A program made the translations under genes and the position numbers. Source: the human T2T-CHM13v2.0 reference genome, Homo sapiens. From it: a stretch of DNA of 64,000 nucleotides. Below are positions 38,295 through 63,099 of this stretch, piece after piece (the first letter of the stretch is position 1; each line of letters begins with the position of its first letter). The notes below the pieces were generated by a model, which saw only the letters and a program-made list of their open reading frames with translations, was not told where the DNA came from and made no database searches. The stretch lies in assembly GCF_009914755.1 (NCBI RefSeq), contig NC_060947.1. One strand, given 5' to 3'.

Positions 38295-39571
38295 TTAAAA
38301 TGTTTCTTTATAAGAAAAATATACATATTTGTGTTCTTGGCCCCATTAAAACTAGTCAGTAGTCCTTTGGCAAAGATATAGTCAACAAGAGAACTGGGTA
38401 TGAGTCCAGGCATTACTCCTGTTCATAGTTGTGGATGCATGTGTCTGAGCCAGACTGTCTCAACTGGAGTCTCTTGGGTTATAGCAGTAAACCCGTGTAT
38501 TCCATGAAACCACTGGGCCCATCATCAAAAGGTTTCCACTTGTGGTGCCACAGTTGCTTATTACTGAGTTTGGGTTCCAAGATGACTGGCAACTTCTGAA
38601 ATAATCTCATTGAAGGAAAGAGTTTCATTTTTTTTTTAAAAGAGTTTGCTGGAGGAAAAGAAGCATGTTAAATGTTTTTAAGCAGCTAAAAGTCCTAGAT
38701 GGAAGCATATCAGGATGTGTCGGTGCTTGGCTCTTAGTGAATGCACTAAAATTCTTATTGATAAATGTTGAATAAACACACACAAAAAAGTATCAGAGAA
38801 AGAGAAAAACCCTACAATGGCAATAGAGGTGTGTGACAGTTATTGCTATCAATTTTACATAATATCTCATTTAAAAACAACCTAATTATGCATTGCCTGT
38901 GAAAATAAAAGGATAAAATAAGATTTTGTACATACTGTAAGAATACAGTTGTGCTGTATTTTTATGGATTCATCAAGGAGTAAAATGTTCTGCTTTAGTA
39001 AATTATATAGGTAACTGAAGTGTTATTCCTTTAAAGAGCAAAATAATTTATCACCATGTTTGGTGGAAAATTTCTAAGTATTTATTACATGCCTAGGGGT
39101 TAGCCAACAAGATATACCAAGCATGAAAACCTGTAAAACTTAATAAAATGCTAAAATATGAACATCACACTATGGAGATTATGCCTCACTACTCAAAGAG
39201 TGTGGCTCAGGAACCAGTGTAGCTTGGCCATGCCCTGGCAGTATGTTGGAAATGCCTGCCCCAGACCAGTTGATGTTACTAAGAACGCCCAGGGGATGAG
39301 AATGGACTTTATTTACAGTTTGGGAAGCACTGGTCTAATATGCTCTCAGGGAAGCTGAGGTTTCTACTGCTTTTTACTTTTTACCCTTCCACTAGATGTC
39401 CTTTGCAGCAGTGTTTTTCTAGTTGGCATTACAGGTGTCTCCTCTGAGGTTCCAGTTATTTCTATACTACCAAAATTAAAAAGACCCAAGGGCTGGGCAT
39501 GGTGGTTCACACCTGTAATCCCAGCACTTTGGGAGGCTGAGGCAGGCAGATTGCTTGAGCTCAGGAGTTCA

Positions 39572-40140
<569 letters not shown>

Positions 40141-40593
40141 TAATTTTTGAAAAAAAAACTAGAGAAACATTGTTTCAGAGATAAAGCAGCAATTACACTT
40201 GTACTCCCAGTGATTTAAGATGCACTATTGTAATCAAGATGATTTGCTTTAATCAAAATATTGTTAAAAATAGGATTTCAGGACATTTAAAAGGTTTCAG
40301 CAGAAATCTTATGATTATGTCTGACTTGCAGTATTTTATTTGCCTCTTTGACGGCTTTTTTTTTTTTTTTTTTTTGAGACAGAGTCTCACACTGTTGCCT
40401 GGGCTGGAATGCAATGGCGCAGTCTCAGCTCACTGCAAACCTCCGGCTCCCGGGTTCAGGCAGTTCTCCTGCCTCAGCCTCCCTAGTAGCTGGGATTATA
40501 GGCATGTGCCACCACACCCGGCTAATTTTTGTATTTTTAGTAGAGACAGGGTTTCGCCATGTTGGTCAGGCTGGTCTTGAACTCCCAACCTCA

Positions 40594-40701
<108 letters not shown>

Positions 40702-40864
40702 TCAATAATTCAAATAATTTTATATAGTTACTCTTTCTAGTAATAGATACCCCCCTCCATTTTTAAGTAAAGATAAACATTTTTTAATTAGGAAAATTAG
40801 GCACATTTAATTTTAGCAAATTTAGTTTCTCAACTTTTTTTTTTTTCTTTTTTTTTTTTTTTGA

Positions 40865-41406
<542 letters not shown>

Positions 41407-41792
41407 TGAGCTCAGGTGATCTATCTGCCTCGGCCTTCCAAAGTGCTGGGATTACAGGCATGATGAGCCACTGCACCTGGCCAAAAGTGGCAGAAATTTT
41501 GATATGGTTTATAATCAGTTTTATTGTGGGGAAGATGGGCCATTTTAATGAATGATTATTTCTATTGGCTAAACTACCGAGTCACGACATGACAAATACA
41601 CATGAAGCTTTAATCACATGCAGTTATATACTTCTCACAAATCATCAAATTATTTATCTGGTCTTCACACTAAGGGATTTACTTAGATAAGCCATCGATG
41701 ATTTCAGTTGTTAAAAGTGTGGCTTTTTAAACAGCATTTATTCAGTGCATCCTGATTTATTTCAAAATGAAAAATTGTTACCTTTTTTTCTG

Positions 41793-41802
41793 AATAAATA
41801 AA
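41793..41802 (+). terminator. Candidate distal poly(A) signal of SYAP1
   Basis: Overlapping AATAAATAAA in T-rich context, followed by GT-rich sequence (ggtataagttataatggttgtt). Confidence 0.6.
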
Positions 41803-42840
41803 GCTTACTTTTAGTGGCAAGGTATAAGTTATAATGGTTGTTCCTGGATAACTAAAAATTCAGGCAAAGAGGACCTGTAAATATTTCAAAGCCATCTGGT
41901 ATGTAGGCTCCTATTGTTAGAATTTAAACTGCCTCGAGATAGTATTGCATTTTAAGAACACATTTTGCTTTCACTGTAGACTTCTCAAATTCAATGGGTT
42001 GTCCTTCATAATAAAAGACCATTCTAACCCACGGTCAGGAGCTCTGGTATTCCAAGGCTGTTGTGGGATTTTTCCTTCACTGCCACCTGCCCCCAAGGAG
42101 TGACAATATATAGTGATTTTTCTTGTTCTTCCCTGATAACCATAATGAACAGTGAGTATGCTTTCTGCCAGCCAGAGCTAAAACTCAGCGACGTTAACCA
42201 GCTCCTATGACCTAATAAATAGAGATAATAGATCAATTCATCATAATGGAGGTTTTGAGTGACTACTCCTACAGTACCCAGTGTCCAACTGTAATCAGCA
42301 TAATAGCAATAAAGTGCATAATGTTCTCTGCCATTACTGCACTTAGACAATGAAAAAATCCTGATATAGCAAAATGACCATGTCACTCAGCAATTTTAAA
42401 CTGTTTCATGGAGATTTACTTTAGGGTATAAGTGGCATGTGAGAACTGAGCTAAATAATATGCCATTATCAAAGGAGTGTGGCACAAGAACACTGTATTG
42501 ATGCCACTAACAAAATTGTTGAGTGTTCATTGTTAATTGGAGTAACAGAGTACATGCTTGTGAAATTGAGGCATGAAAATAGATACTATTTAAAATCTGG
42601 GGCCAGGTGCGGTGGCTCACGCCTGTAATCCCAGCACTTTGGGAGGCGGAGGCGGGTGGATCACAAGGTCAGGAGTTTGAGACCAGTCTGGCTAACACAG
42701 TGAAACCCCATCTCTACTAAAAATACAAAAATTAGCCGGGTGTGGTGGTGTGCACCTGCAATCCCAGCTACTCGGGAGGCTTAGGCAGGAGAATCACGTG
42801 AACCCGGGAGGCAGAGGTCACAGCTGAGGTCGCACCATTA

Positions 42841-43284
<444 letters not shown>

Positions 43285-44327
43285 CTAAACCAGTCAATCT
43301 CCTGGCAGCGGGTAGTCATCCTCAAGCGTGGCCGCACAATAGGACCTCCTGGCAAGTCCAGGTGCTACTGATGCCCAGGCTCCCCTGCAGAGATACTGAT
43401 TTATTTGGCTGGGGATGTAGCCCTTGAGGGTACAGGGTTGTTTGAAACTCTCCAAGACTTTGTAACAGCAGCTAAGATTGAGAACCACGGGGCCCAGGGA
43501 AAGAGACTCAAGTGGAAAGTCAGGAGACTTGGTGAAAATACTCAGCCTGACACACTCAAGCTTCTTTATCAGTACAATGAAAGGGTTGGACTGCACGTTT
43601 TTTAACAACCTATGTCTAAAATGTCATCCTATTTTTAAAGAGGCCTTTGTAAAATAAATACTGTTTTAGTTCTGTTTTCAAAGTGGGGTTTTGTTTTTTA
43701 GTTTTCTGAAATGTACAATATCTTAGGTTCTCACATAAATATATGCATGTATCTCCACTCCATCCACAAACCCCACTGAATGACAGTAAAGGAATGAAAA
43801 GAAAAGCTATACATTCATAGTGACAAAAACAGAAGGGTCAGCAACAGCCAAGTGATACCAAGAACATTTTCATGCTTCAGAAGCCTGGAAATGCTCAGGA
43901 ATTCTGGAGGTGCAGTAACTCGGAAGGCTGAGGAAAAGTTGGTATCAGGGTGGGCAATTTGTGGTCTCTGCCACAATCTACAACTGAAAATCAAGGGCAA
44001 GTGGCGTAAGCATATTGTTATGAGACACAGACACAAACAGACAAAATTGCTAAGTTTTAAATGGCTCCTGAGAAGTGGGAATTGGGGATGTGAAATGGCC
44101 TTTGCAAAAAGTGTAACAGTGACAAAGTTATGGCAGTGTGTAGATCTGACCTAACTGACTCCATCTTGCTTCTGTGTTCATTCCTGGGCATAGGCCAAAC
44201 TAACTTTGGGAAGAACTTTAACTTTGACATAAAGATTGTAACAGCCCTTTCCTGAAACAAACCCCATTCTTGCATGGGAACCACACTGCCTTTGTAGGAC
44301 TAACACATGAGCCACAATATTATGGTT

Positions 44328-44387
44328 TAGTGTCACAGCTGTTTTAGAATTTATCTAGCAGGTTTTCTGGTCTTTACTGGAAAGCCC
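44328..44387 (+). pseudogene. U7 snRNA processed pseudogene (RNU7 family)
   Basis: TAGTGTCACAGCTGTTTTAGAATTTATCTAGCAGGTTTTCTGGTCTTTACTGGAAAGCCC aligns end to end with U7 (5' HDE-pairing region, Sm-like AATTTATCTAG, 3' stem-loop). It is followed by an A-rich tail; ATTATGGTT duplication at 44319-44327 and 45071-45079. Confidence 0.9.
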
Positions 44388-44464
44388 AAGAAAGTAAAAA
44401 TAGCCGGGTGCGGTGGCTCACGCCTGTAATCCCAGCACTTTGGGAGGCTGAGGCAGGCAGATCA

Positions 44465-44803
<339 letters not shown>

Positions 44804-44824
44804 TCACCTGAGGTCAGGAATTCA

Positions 44825-45130
<306 letters not shown>

Positions 45131-45417
45131 CTAGGGATAACATCACTACCCACTACCATAAAACCTAAGATTAGGTGCTGAAGATATTTTTCAGTCCATG
45201 GATTAGCTGGTGCCACCCAGATCAATAAACTGGCTCATCTGGTGTTGTGGCCCCCACCCAGAAACCGACTCATTGCTAGAGCACAGCTTCGACTGACCTC
45301 CTAGGATTTCATCTCTGACCCGACCAATCAGCACTCCCCACTCCTTAGCCCCATACCCACCAAATTATCCTTTAAAAACCTCAGTTTCCAAATCTTCAGG
45401 GAGACTGATTTGAGGAA

Positions 45418-45880
45418 TGTGAAACCCAAAAATCTGAGACAGGCCTCAGTTAATTTAGAAACTTTATTTTGCCAAGGTCGAGGATGTGTGCCTGTGACAC
45501 AGCCTCATGAGGTCCTGACAACATGTGCCCAACGTGGTCAGAGCACAGCTTGGTTTCATACATTTTAGGGAGACATGAGACACCAATCAACATATGTAAG
45601 ATGAACATTGGTGTGGTCCGGAAAGGCGGGACAACTGGAAGCAAAAGCGCACAACTCGAAAGGGGAGAGGGCTTTCAGGTCACAGGTAGATGAGAGACAA
45701 ACCGTTGCATTGAGTTTCTGATTAGCTTTTCCAAAGGAGGCAATCAGATATGCATTTATCTCAGTGAGCAGAGGGATGGCTTTGAATAGAATGGGAGGCA
45801 AGTTTGCCCTGAGCAGTTCCCAGCTTGAATTTTCCCTTTAGCTTAGTGATTTTGGGGGCCCAAGATATTTTCTATTCACA
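45418..45880 (-). mobile_element. MER4A1-like solo LTR nested in LTR8A
   Basis: TGTGAAACCCAAAAATCTGAGACAGG...GATATTTTCTATTCACA; 4-bp TSD GGAA/GTAA with one mismatch. Confidence 0.75.
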
Positions 45881-46002
45881 GTAATAATAAAACTCCGGTC
45901 TCCTGTTCAGCCAGCTCTGTGTGTATTAAACTCTATTGCAATTCCCTTGTTTTGATAAATCGGCTCCATCTGGGCAGTGGGCAAAATGAACCCATTGGGT
46001 AG

Positions 46003-47500
<1,498 letters not shown>

Positions 47501-47598
47501 CATAAGAGAAATCAAGAAACTACAGCTACATAAAACAAGGAGAAGACAGGTCCCAACATTACACACCTCAATAAAACACCCAGTTAAAACTCTACTCA

Positions 47599-47947
<349 letters not shown>

Positions 47948-48862
47948 CTACTTAGTTTTATTTTTGCTTAAATCTTTAATAAAAGGGAAAGCCAGGCACA
48001 GTGGCTCATGCTTGGATCCCCGCTGTGGGAGGATCACTTGAGCCGAGGAATTTGAGACCAGCCTGACCAACAAAGTGAGACGCTGTCTCAAAAAAAAACA
48101 AATAAAAAAAAACAAATAATTAAAATGTAAAAATAAAAAACTAGCTGGGCATTTACCATTGTGGCAAGAGGGTGGTCTAAGCCCAGGAGGCCGAGGCTAC
48201 AGCGAGCCATATCTGTACCACTACAATGCAGTGTAGGTAGCAGAACAAGATCCTGTCTCATAAAATAGTAACAGAATTAAAAAAAAACAAAAAACGACTA
48301 ACTCTATTAATCTAAAAACAAGAAAAAACAACAGCAAGCTTGGAAAGGCAGTTGCCAGGTAACAGCCACCTCTGGTACACTGAGGGTGAAATTAAGCCCA
48401 GTTCAAATACATACAGCACTTCTTTCAGGCGAATGTGTAAGGAAAAGTATCATTCTTCAAAACAGCAGGTTTAAAGGACACCTACGGCTTTTAACTTGTA
48501 AATATATTGCATGCAGTGCACCATGGTTATGCAAATGAAGCTGAGTCATTGCCCTATAGATTAATGCCGTAGCTCCCAAGCATGGCTGCAGCCTGCAAGG
48601 TAGGGAAAAGGCCCAGTCCAGAGTCCACCCGGGAAACTCAACCAATTTGTTTTGTTCACCGATGCCCTGACTGTGATTTCTTTTGGATAAAGGATTTCTT
48701 GAATGCTTTCAAAAATGACGTCCAAGCGCTACATTTGACATAAGAGAAGGTTCACAATATAATGTTAAATGAAATATAAAAGGCAATTTACAAAAATATT
48801 TAATACGATTACACTTTTTCTTCCAAAAATGCCCGTGTATGTGTGTGTTGGGCATGCTTTTG

Positions 48863-50063
<1,201 letters not shown>

Positions 50064-50133
50064 TATGCATAGAAAAGACTCGGGAGGCTTACACCAAAAT
50101 GGCGGCTATATCTTTTTTTTTTTTTTTTTTTGA

Positions 50134-50350
<217 letters not shown>

Positions 50351-50590
50351 TGATCCGCCCGCCTTGGCCTCCCAAAGTGCTGGGAGTACAGACGTGAGCC
50401 ACCCGCACTTGGCCATCTTTTTTTTATATATTTTTTTAACTATTTGTGGTTATGTTTTTGGGAATTTCTGTGCTTAACATAGTAGGAAAAATAAGAAAAA
50501 TCGGTAATAATTTACATTTCCTTTCCTCAGACCTGGAAGCAGGCATTTCTTCAAGGAATCTTGATTCCTTTTGATGGGAAAAGCTATTTA

Positions 50591-51064
<474 letters not shown>

Positions 51065-51132
51065 TTAGCCAGGCATGGTGGTGCATGCCTCTAGTCCCAG
51101 CTATTTGGGAGGCTGAGGTGGGAGGATCACTT

Positions 51133-51467
51133 TGCTACCCGGGAAGAGTGTCCAGGTTCTTGGCGTCTTGAGCAAAGAATTAGACAAAACGCACAAAGCA
51201 AGGAAGGAATGAAGGGATTTATTGAAAATGAAAGTACACTCCACAGGGTTTGAGCAGGCCCAAGCATAGCTCAAAGGCCCTGTTTCAGAATTTTTGGGAG
51301 TTTAAAAATAACCTCTACTTGAGGTATGCCCTATGTAAATGAAGAGGATAAAGTAAAGTTACAATCATTTACTTGGCCTACGCCCTATGGAGAGGCTATT
51401 TCCTGTCATAGCTGAAGTGTGAATCGGCCTTATATTCCCTACCTCCAGATCCTATTTTCCTGCCTCA
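51133..51467 (-). mobile_element. MER61/MER51-type solo LTR inserted inside an AluJ
   Basis: TG...CA termini, exact TSD ACTT (51129-51132, 51468-51471); Alu sequence GGAGGATCACTT|GAGCCC resumes after it. Confidence 0.8.
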
Positions 51468-51648
51468 ACTTGAGCCCTGGAGGTAGAGGCTGCAGTGAGC
51501 TATGATCACACCACTGCACTCCAGCCTTGGTGACAGAGCAAGACTTGTCTCACAAATTAATAATTAAATAAAAAGTAAATAAAATATGACATTGATCAAA
51601 ACTTCATTAGTAGTATTAGAAGACAAAGTTGAGATCATCTACAAAGTA

Positions 51649-52602
<954 letters not shown>

Positions 52603-52916
52603 TAGCAAAACAGGATATAGGAAAATAGAAGAGAAAAGATAAGAAACATGGAGCAGGGCACCGTGGCTCCCACTGAGGTGGGAGGATCACTTGAGTCCAG
52701 GAGTTTGAGACCAGCCTGGGCAACAGAGCAAGACCCTATCTCAATTTTAAAAAAAGAAAAAAGAAACATAAAAAAGAAATTATTAATAGGATACTATACA
52801 ACTAGGTTGTGAATAATATCTACATGAAAATAATGTAAAAAAAATTAAGATATTAAATTAACAAAATGAAAACAACCATTTAGAGAGGATGATGTGATGA
52901 TGGGAGGAAGTGAGCA

Positions 52917-52918
<2 letters not shown>

Positions 52919-52964
<46 letters not shown>
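52919..52964. repeat. (TG)23 microsatellite
   Basis: Perfect dinucleotide run read directly. Confidence 0.95.
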
Positions 52965-52965
<1 letters not shown>

Positions 52966-53095
52966 CTGTGAGTGAAAAAGCATAGACCCTCTTCCCTAGA
53001 AGCAAATCTATATATATCTTTCTGTGATTTCAGAATCAGCTTGATGGCAAGTGACAGAAAAATCCAGAATTACAGTGGTTTAAACTGGATGCTGA

Positions 53096-54000
<905 letters not shown>

Positions 54001-54338
54001 TGAGACAAGGTCTTACTCTGTCGCCCAATTTGACGCTGTAGTGGGCTAGGATGAAAACCACTATACTCCAGCCAGGGTAACACAGAGAAAGAGATTCTGT
54101 TTCTTAAAACAAAATGAAACAAAAAAAAAAACTTGAAAAAATTGTTCGGCTGGGCGCAGTGGCTCACACCTGTGATCCCAGCACTTTGGGATCACAAAAT
54201 ACAAAAATTAGCTGGGCGTGGTGGCTTGCACCTGTAATCCCAGCTACTCAGGAGGCTGAGGCAGGAGAATCACTTGAACCCGGGAGGCGGAGGTTGCATT
54301 GAGCCGAGAGCGTGCCAACTGCACTCTAGCCTGGGTGA

Positions 54339-54811
<473 letters not shown>

Positions 54812-55733
54812 TAAAGCCTAAACCTATTTGTAGTTTGTATTTTTCTTTTCCATTGTCTCTATACATGAACATTGTTTCCATGTCCTTGAAGTCTATAATT
54901 ATAGGCGAGACTTGGGGAAGTATATCAAAACAAAATGAATGAATCCCAATACTCTGAAATATGCAATATACGTATTCGAATTTTTGAAACGCACATACTC
55001 TCTCCCAATAGTCCATACATGAGAAGAGTTTTTATTTTAAAAATCCTCTTTCTGCTAGAGCTGGCACCCTGGTGTGTGCCAATCTAATAGTACACTCCAT
55101 AGCCTGCCATCAGTATGCCTGAGTGATCTGTGTATAAAGTATAATCATTTTCTAAATCTTTCAGTGTCTGCCAGAAATGTGGACATCTATAGCAAATGCA
55201 GAAACTGGCCAAATTCCTACAAGGACTAAAATCAGGGTTAGCTCAGAAAGATGGTATTGTGTAATCATATTAAACAATAAGCTTTTTGTTCTATGAAGAG
55301 GCAAACACTCTTTTTCACTACCTACAACCCCAATAGTATGCAACAAACATGAAATTCAACTCTTTTGATGAAACAATACTCTTGGCTGATTTAAAAGTTA
55401 GTAGGAGCTTTTCTTTCTGTGAAAGTACTCTGAGGTGGACAAGTCAGACTAGTGTGGCTAATTTAACTTCTGTTGACCCTTTAGACACAGCTCAGATGTC
55501 ACCTTAAACCATCCTTAAACCTCCCCACCACCAGTAGAAAATAACCCTCAAGAGGTTACCCTGCAATACCTCCATTTTATAAATTACTTTATTGTTTGTT
55601 GTACATGTGAGTGTTCAGTGTTGGCCTGGGTACCCCTTATTCTAAATCAAGGTATGCCTGGTGACTAATACAGTGCTCCTGTTTAACTGATGAATGAAAA
55701 CTTTCTATTGCCACCAAGTTTATCCTGGAATGA

Positions 55734-56416
<683 letters not shown>

Positions 56417-56418
56417 TA

Positions 56419-56850
<432 letters not shown>

Positions 56851-56960
56851 TCAGCACTTTGGGAGGCTGAGGTGGATGGATTACCTAATGTTATGAATTC
56901 GAGACCAGCCTGCCCAACATGGTGAAACCCCATCTCTACTAAAAATACAAAAATTGGCTA

Positions 56961-57101
<141 letters not shown>

Positions 57102-57498
57102 TCAAAAAATAAATAAATAAGTAAATAAAATAATAATAAAGTCAAAATGTCCCTTTGTTAACAATGAGCAAATGTAAGTGTCTCATGGAGTTAAAAGGTA
57201 CACATCTACATTCTCTCCCTGTGGTCAGACCACAGACCTGCTTCCAATTGTAGGAAGCACAATTACAATGGGAAGGTGGTTAGGTAAGAAATCAAATCAA
57301 TTCCCATTGATCAAAGGTGTTAGGATAACTGGAGCCTCCATCCCCACGTAAAGGATAGCCTTACAAATAGGATGATCATTTTTGAAGTCCTCTTTTTGAC
57401 CAAGATTCTTTGTCTTCCAAAAATTGCTTAGATGGGCTTTGGCAGCCTGGCCTTCCTTACTCTCTCCCTAAGTTTCTAGGTTTCCTCTCTTCTCATAG

Positions 57499-57648
<150 letters not shown>

Positions 57649-58100
57649 TAGTAGCCACCACGCCCAGCTAATTTTGTATTTTTAGTAGAGACAGAGTTTC
57701 TCCATGTTGGTCGGGCTGGTCTCGAACTCCCGACCTCAGGTGATCCACCCGCCTCGGCCTCCCAAAGTGCTAGGATTACAGGCATGAGCTACCGTGCCCA
57801 GCCCCACATTGCTTCTTTAGCTATGTTAATATCTGTGATCATATTATAGGGTATGATGAGGCCTGTAATTTACTGTCAGCAAAGATAGAGAAGGAAGAGG
57901 TGGAGGAGGAGTGTGTTGTGTTTAGAGCTGGAAATGACCCCACTTAGGACTTTATACACCAGGGGTGGTCAGGAGTCCATATTTCCTATTCTAGCCACTA
58001 CAGATGCTTCTGTTAGCCATAGCTCAACCAATAACAGAGGCTTTCTTAAGTAGCAAAATGAAGGTTAGAAATGGGTTTTCTTGCCAGGCGCAGTGGCTCA

Positions 58101-58638
<538 letters not shown>

Positions 58639-58793
58639 TAGTCTTCCAAAGTGGTGGGGTTACAGGTGTGAGCCACCGTGCCTGGCCAGAAATGGGTTTT
58701 CGTAGGTGAAATTAGTAGCTTATTAGCTTTAGCTAGTATAACAGGCATTAGAGGCTGGGCATGGTGGCTCACACCTGTAATCCCAACACTTTA

Positions 58794-59127
<334 letters not shown>

Positions 59128-59679
59128 TTAGAATGGGCTCACATTAGTGAAATCAGGGATATTCAAGATATATGCATTGTTTAAAATATGTGAGACTCTA
59201 CTCACTTTTGCGTTAAAAGAGTATAAGAATCTTTCTTAAAAAAAAAATCTTTGTCATACAGACAATTAATAAGAAAAAAAAAAAGAATCTAGCAAGTCCG
59301 AAGCTTGTTTCCTTCAGGATAATACTCTAGGCTAAACCTCTAAACCGTCCTGTGTCCAGCTATAAACTCTGAGGGTTGCAGTTTCCTGATATCGGCTATA
59401 AGGCCAACAGAATCCTGCCTCTGTAATAGTGGTGAGTCCACCTTGAGAGCTCTACATTTCATCACAACGGTGGTCAGAGCATCTCAAAGGTCAAAGAGTT
59501 GGGACCTCATTGAGCTTACTGTTCACATGAATTGTTTGATGCCTGCTTGCTCAAGACTTTAATAAACATCTGAATAAATGGAGCCATATTCAGGTTATAT
59601 TCACATTCCTTAGGGAGCCTGGAGAGAACACCCCGTACCCAATGAGGAGCTATTGTTCTGGTGGCCTTTACCCTTCTAG

Positions 59680-59820
<141 letters not shown>

Positions 59821-60123
59821 TAGCTGGGACTACAGGCACACGCCACCATGCCCAGCTGATTTTTTTTTTTTTTTTTTGTATTTTTAGAAGAGACGAGGTT
59901 TCACCATGTTGGTCAGGCTGGTTTCAAACCCCTGACCTCAGGTGATCCGCCCTCCTCTGCCTCCCAAAGTACTGGGATTACAGGCGTGAGCCACAGCGCC
60001 CGGCTTTTTTATTTGATAACTTTATTTATTTAGAGACGAGGTCTCGCTTTGTCGCCTACGCTGGTTTCAAACTCCGGGGCTCAGGCGATGCTCTTGCCTC
60101 AGCCTCCTAAACTGCTGAGATTA

Positions 60124-60618
<495 letters not shown>

Positions 60619-60621
60619 TCA

Positions 60622-60873
<252 letters not shown>

Positions 60874-60900
60874 TCAATTAAATATTTTTCATTTCTCTGA

Positions 60901-61297
<397 letters not shown>

Positions 61298-61593
61298 TGA
61301 AATTTGAAACCAGCCTGGGCAACATAATGCCCCATCTCTAAAAAAAAATTTTTTTTTGAGGAATAACTTACTTTTGTGTGTGTGTGTGTGATGGAGTTTC
61401 TCCTCACCCAGGCTGGAGTGTTCAATGGCACGATCTTGGCTCACTGCAACCTCTGCTGCCCGGGTTCAAGCGATTCTCCTGTCTCAGATCCCAAATAGCT
61501 GGAATTACAGAAGCCCACCACCGGCTGGGGGCGGTTGCTCACACCTGTAATCCCAGCACTTTGGGAGGCCGAGGAGGGCAGATCAGGGGGTCA

Positions 61594-62000
<407 letters not shown>

Positions 62001-62725
62001 TTATTTAAGACAATATATCAGGATTTCATGATGGTCTGTGCCTTTCAGAAGCTCGGCCATTGGAGATCTGGTTCCATCAGATGGAAATAGGGAATATTCC
62101 TGAGGAAATCTCCCCTCTCCCCCCCAACATCATATCAATAAAAAAAAAAATTCGGTTCAGCAAACCGAGTTTGTTGAAAAAATTTAGGTAATGAAACGAG
62201 TAAATGGGGTGGGAGAAAGCAGGATACATTCAACATGAATGAAGTGCCAAGTAAGTGTGCAGAAGCCGGGGCGGTTCAACCAAGGTGAATAGAATGCGGC
62301 ACCTATCCCGCGGGAGCTCGGGACAAGTAAACCGTGGTAACAACTCTGGTGGAGGGGCAGGGCTCGGGGCAGGTGCCCGAGCACGAAACTTCAAATTCTA
62401 AGAGCCAATACACCTTCCGTCTTGAAAGTCGTGAAGTATTTTCCCTTATCCCCAAATCATTCGCGCCCAATTCCTAAGAACGGCAACAAAAACAAAAACA
62501 CAAGAATGTGTCGCCGATCGTGCTCCTTCTCAAACACGGGGATATTTCTAAACTTTCCGCGAAAGATCATAACGAGTACCTTCCTATAGCCAGACATCGC
62601 CCCCAGAAACCGCAAGTCCCACTAGGATGCACACGAAGCACACTGGGTGCAGCACTCTCCCCTTTTCAGAACGCCGCCTTATGTCCCAATCCCGATCCGA
62701 GCCTGCGAGCTGTGGCCGCACGCCC

Positions 62726-62743
62726 TGCTGGGACTTGTAGTCC
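62726..62743 (-). promoter_or_regulatory. ACTACA-SBS (ZNF143/THAP11-HCF1) motif
   Basis: Reverse complement reads GGACTACAAGTCCCAGCA, matching the established ACTACAnnTCCCAG promoter motif. Confidence 0.75.
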
Positions 62744-62878
62744 ACTCCCGAGTCCCATTCCCGATCCGCGCAGACTCACACGGCCTCTATCTGCCCTTCG
62801 GTCTTGCTGAAGCCCAGCCCAGTATTCAATGCTCCCCATCCCCATCTCGCTCCGTCCCCTCGGGGGCCAACCTCCTCC

Positions 62879-62934
62879 GGTCACGTGGGAAGTCTCACAT
62901 GCGGCGATTGGTCGTGGGGGCTCGGGGGCGGGGC
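62879..62934 (+). promoter_or_regulatory. TATA-less proximal promoter module: USF-type E-box, reverse CCAAT box, GC box
   Basis: GGTCACGTGG (62879-62888), ATTGG (62907-62911), GGGGCGGGGC (62925-62934), about 65-120 bp before the ATG. Confidence 0.7.
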
Positions 62935-62997
62935 GAAAGGCCCTGCGAGATTCTGTGCCCCTTGTCGGGCCGCTTGTTTGGCTGCTGCCGTCACCTC

Positions 62998-63099
62998 ATG
63001 GCGACGCGGGTAGAGGAGGCAGCGCGGGGAAGAGGCGGCGGCGCCGAAGAGGCGACTGAGGCCGGACGGGGCGGACGGCGACGCAGCCCGCGGCAGAAG
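62998..63099 (+). CDS. TXLNG: TXLNG (gamma-taxilin) coding exon 1
   Basis: ATG at 62998; 34 codons MATRVEEAARGRGGGAEEATEAGRGGRRRSPRQK; donor AAG|gtcagt (phase 0). Matches the N-terminus of human TXLNG, the known downstream neighbour of SYAP1. Confidence 0.93.

Noticed and set aside
51250-51270. p53 response element in the MER61-type LTR
   Set aside because: GAGCAGGCCC AAGCATAGCT lacks intact CWWG cores; the GGGCATGCTT near 48850 is only a lone half-site.
55165-55253. Exon-like 89-nt segment (tttcag|...ATG|gtattg) with one open frame
   Set aside because: Weak donor, unrecognised peptide and no partner exons; such pseudo-exons are frequent by chance.
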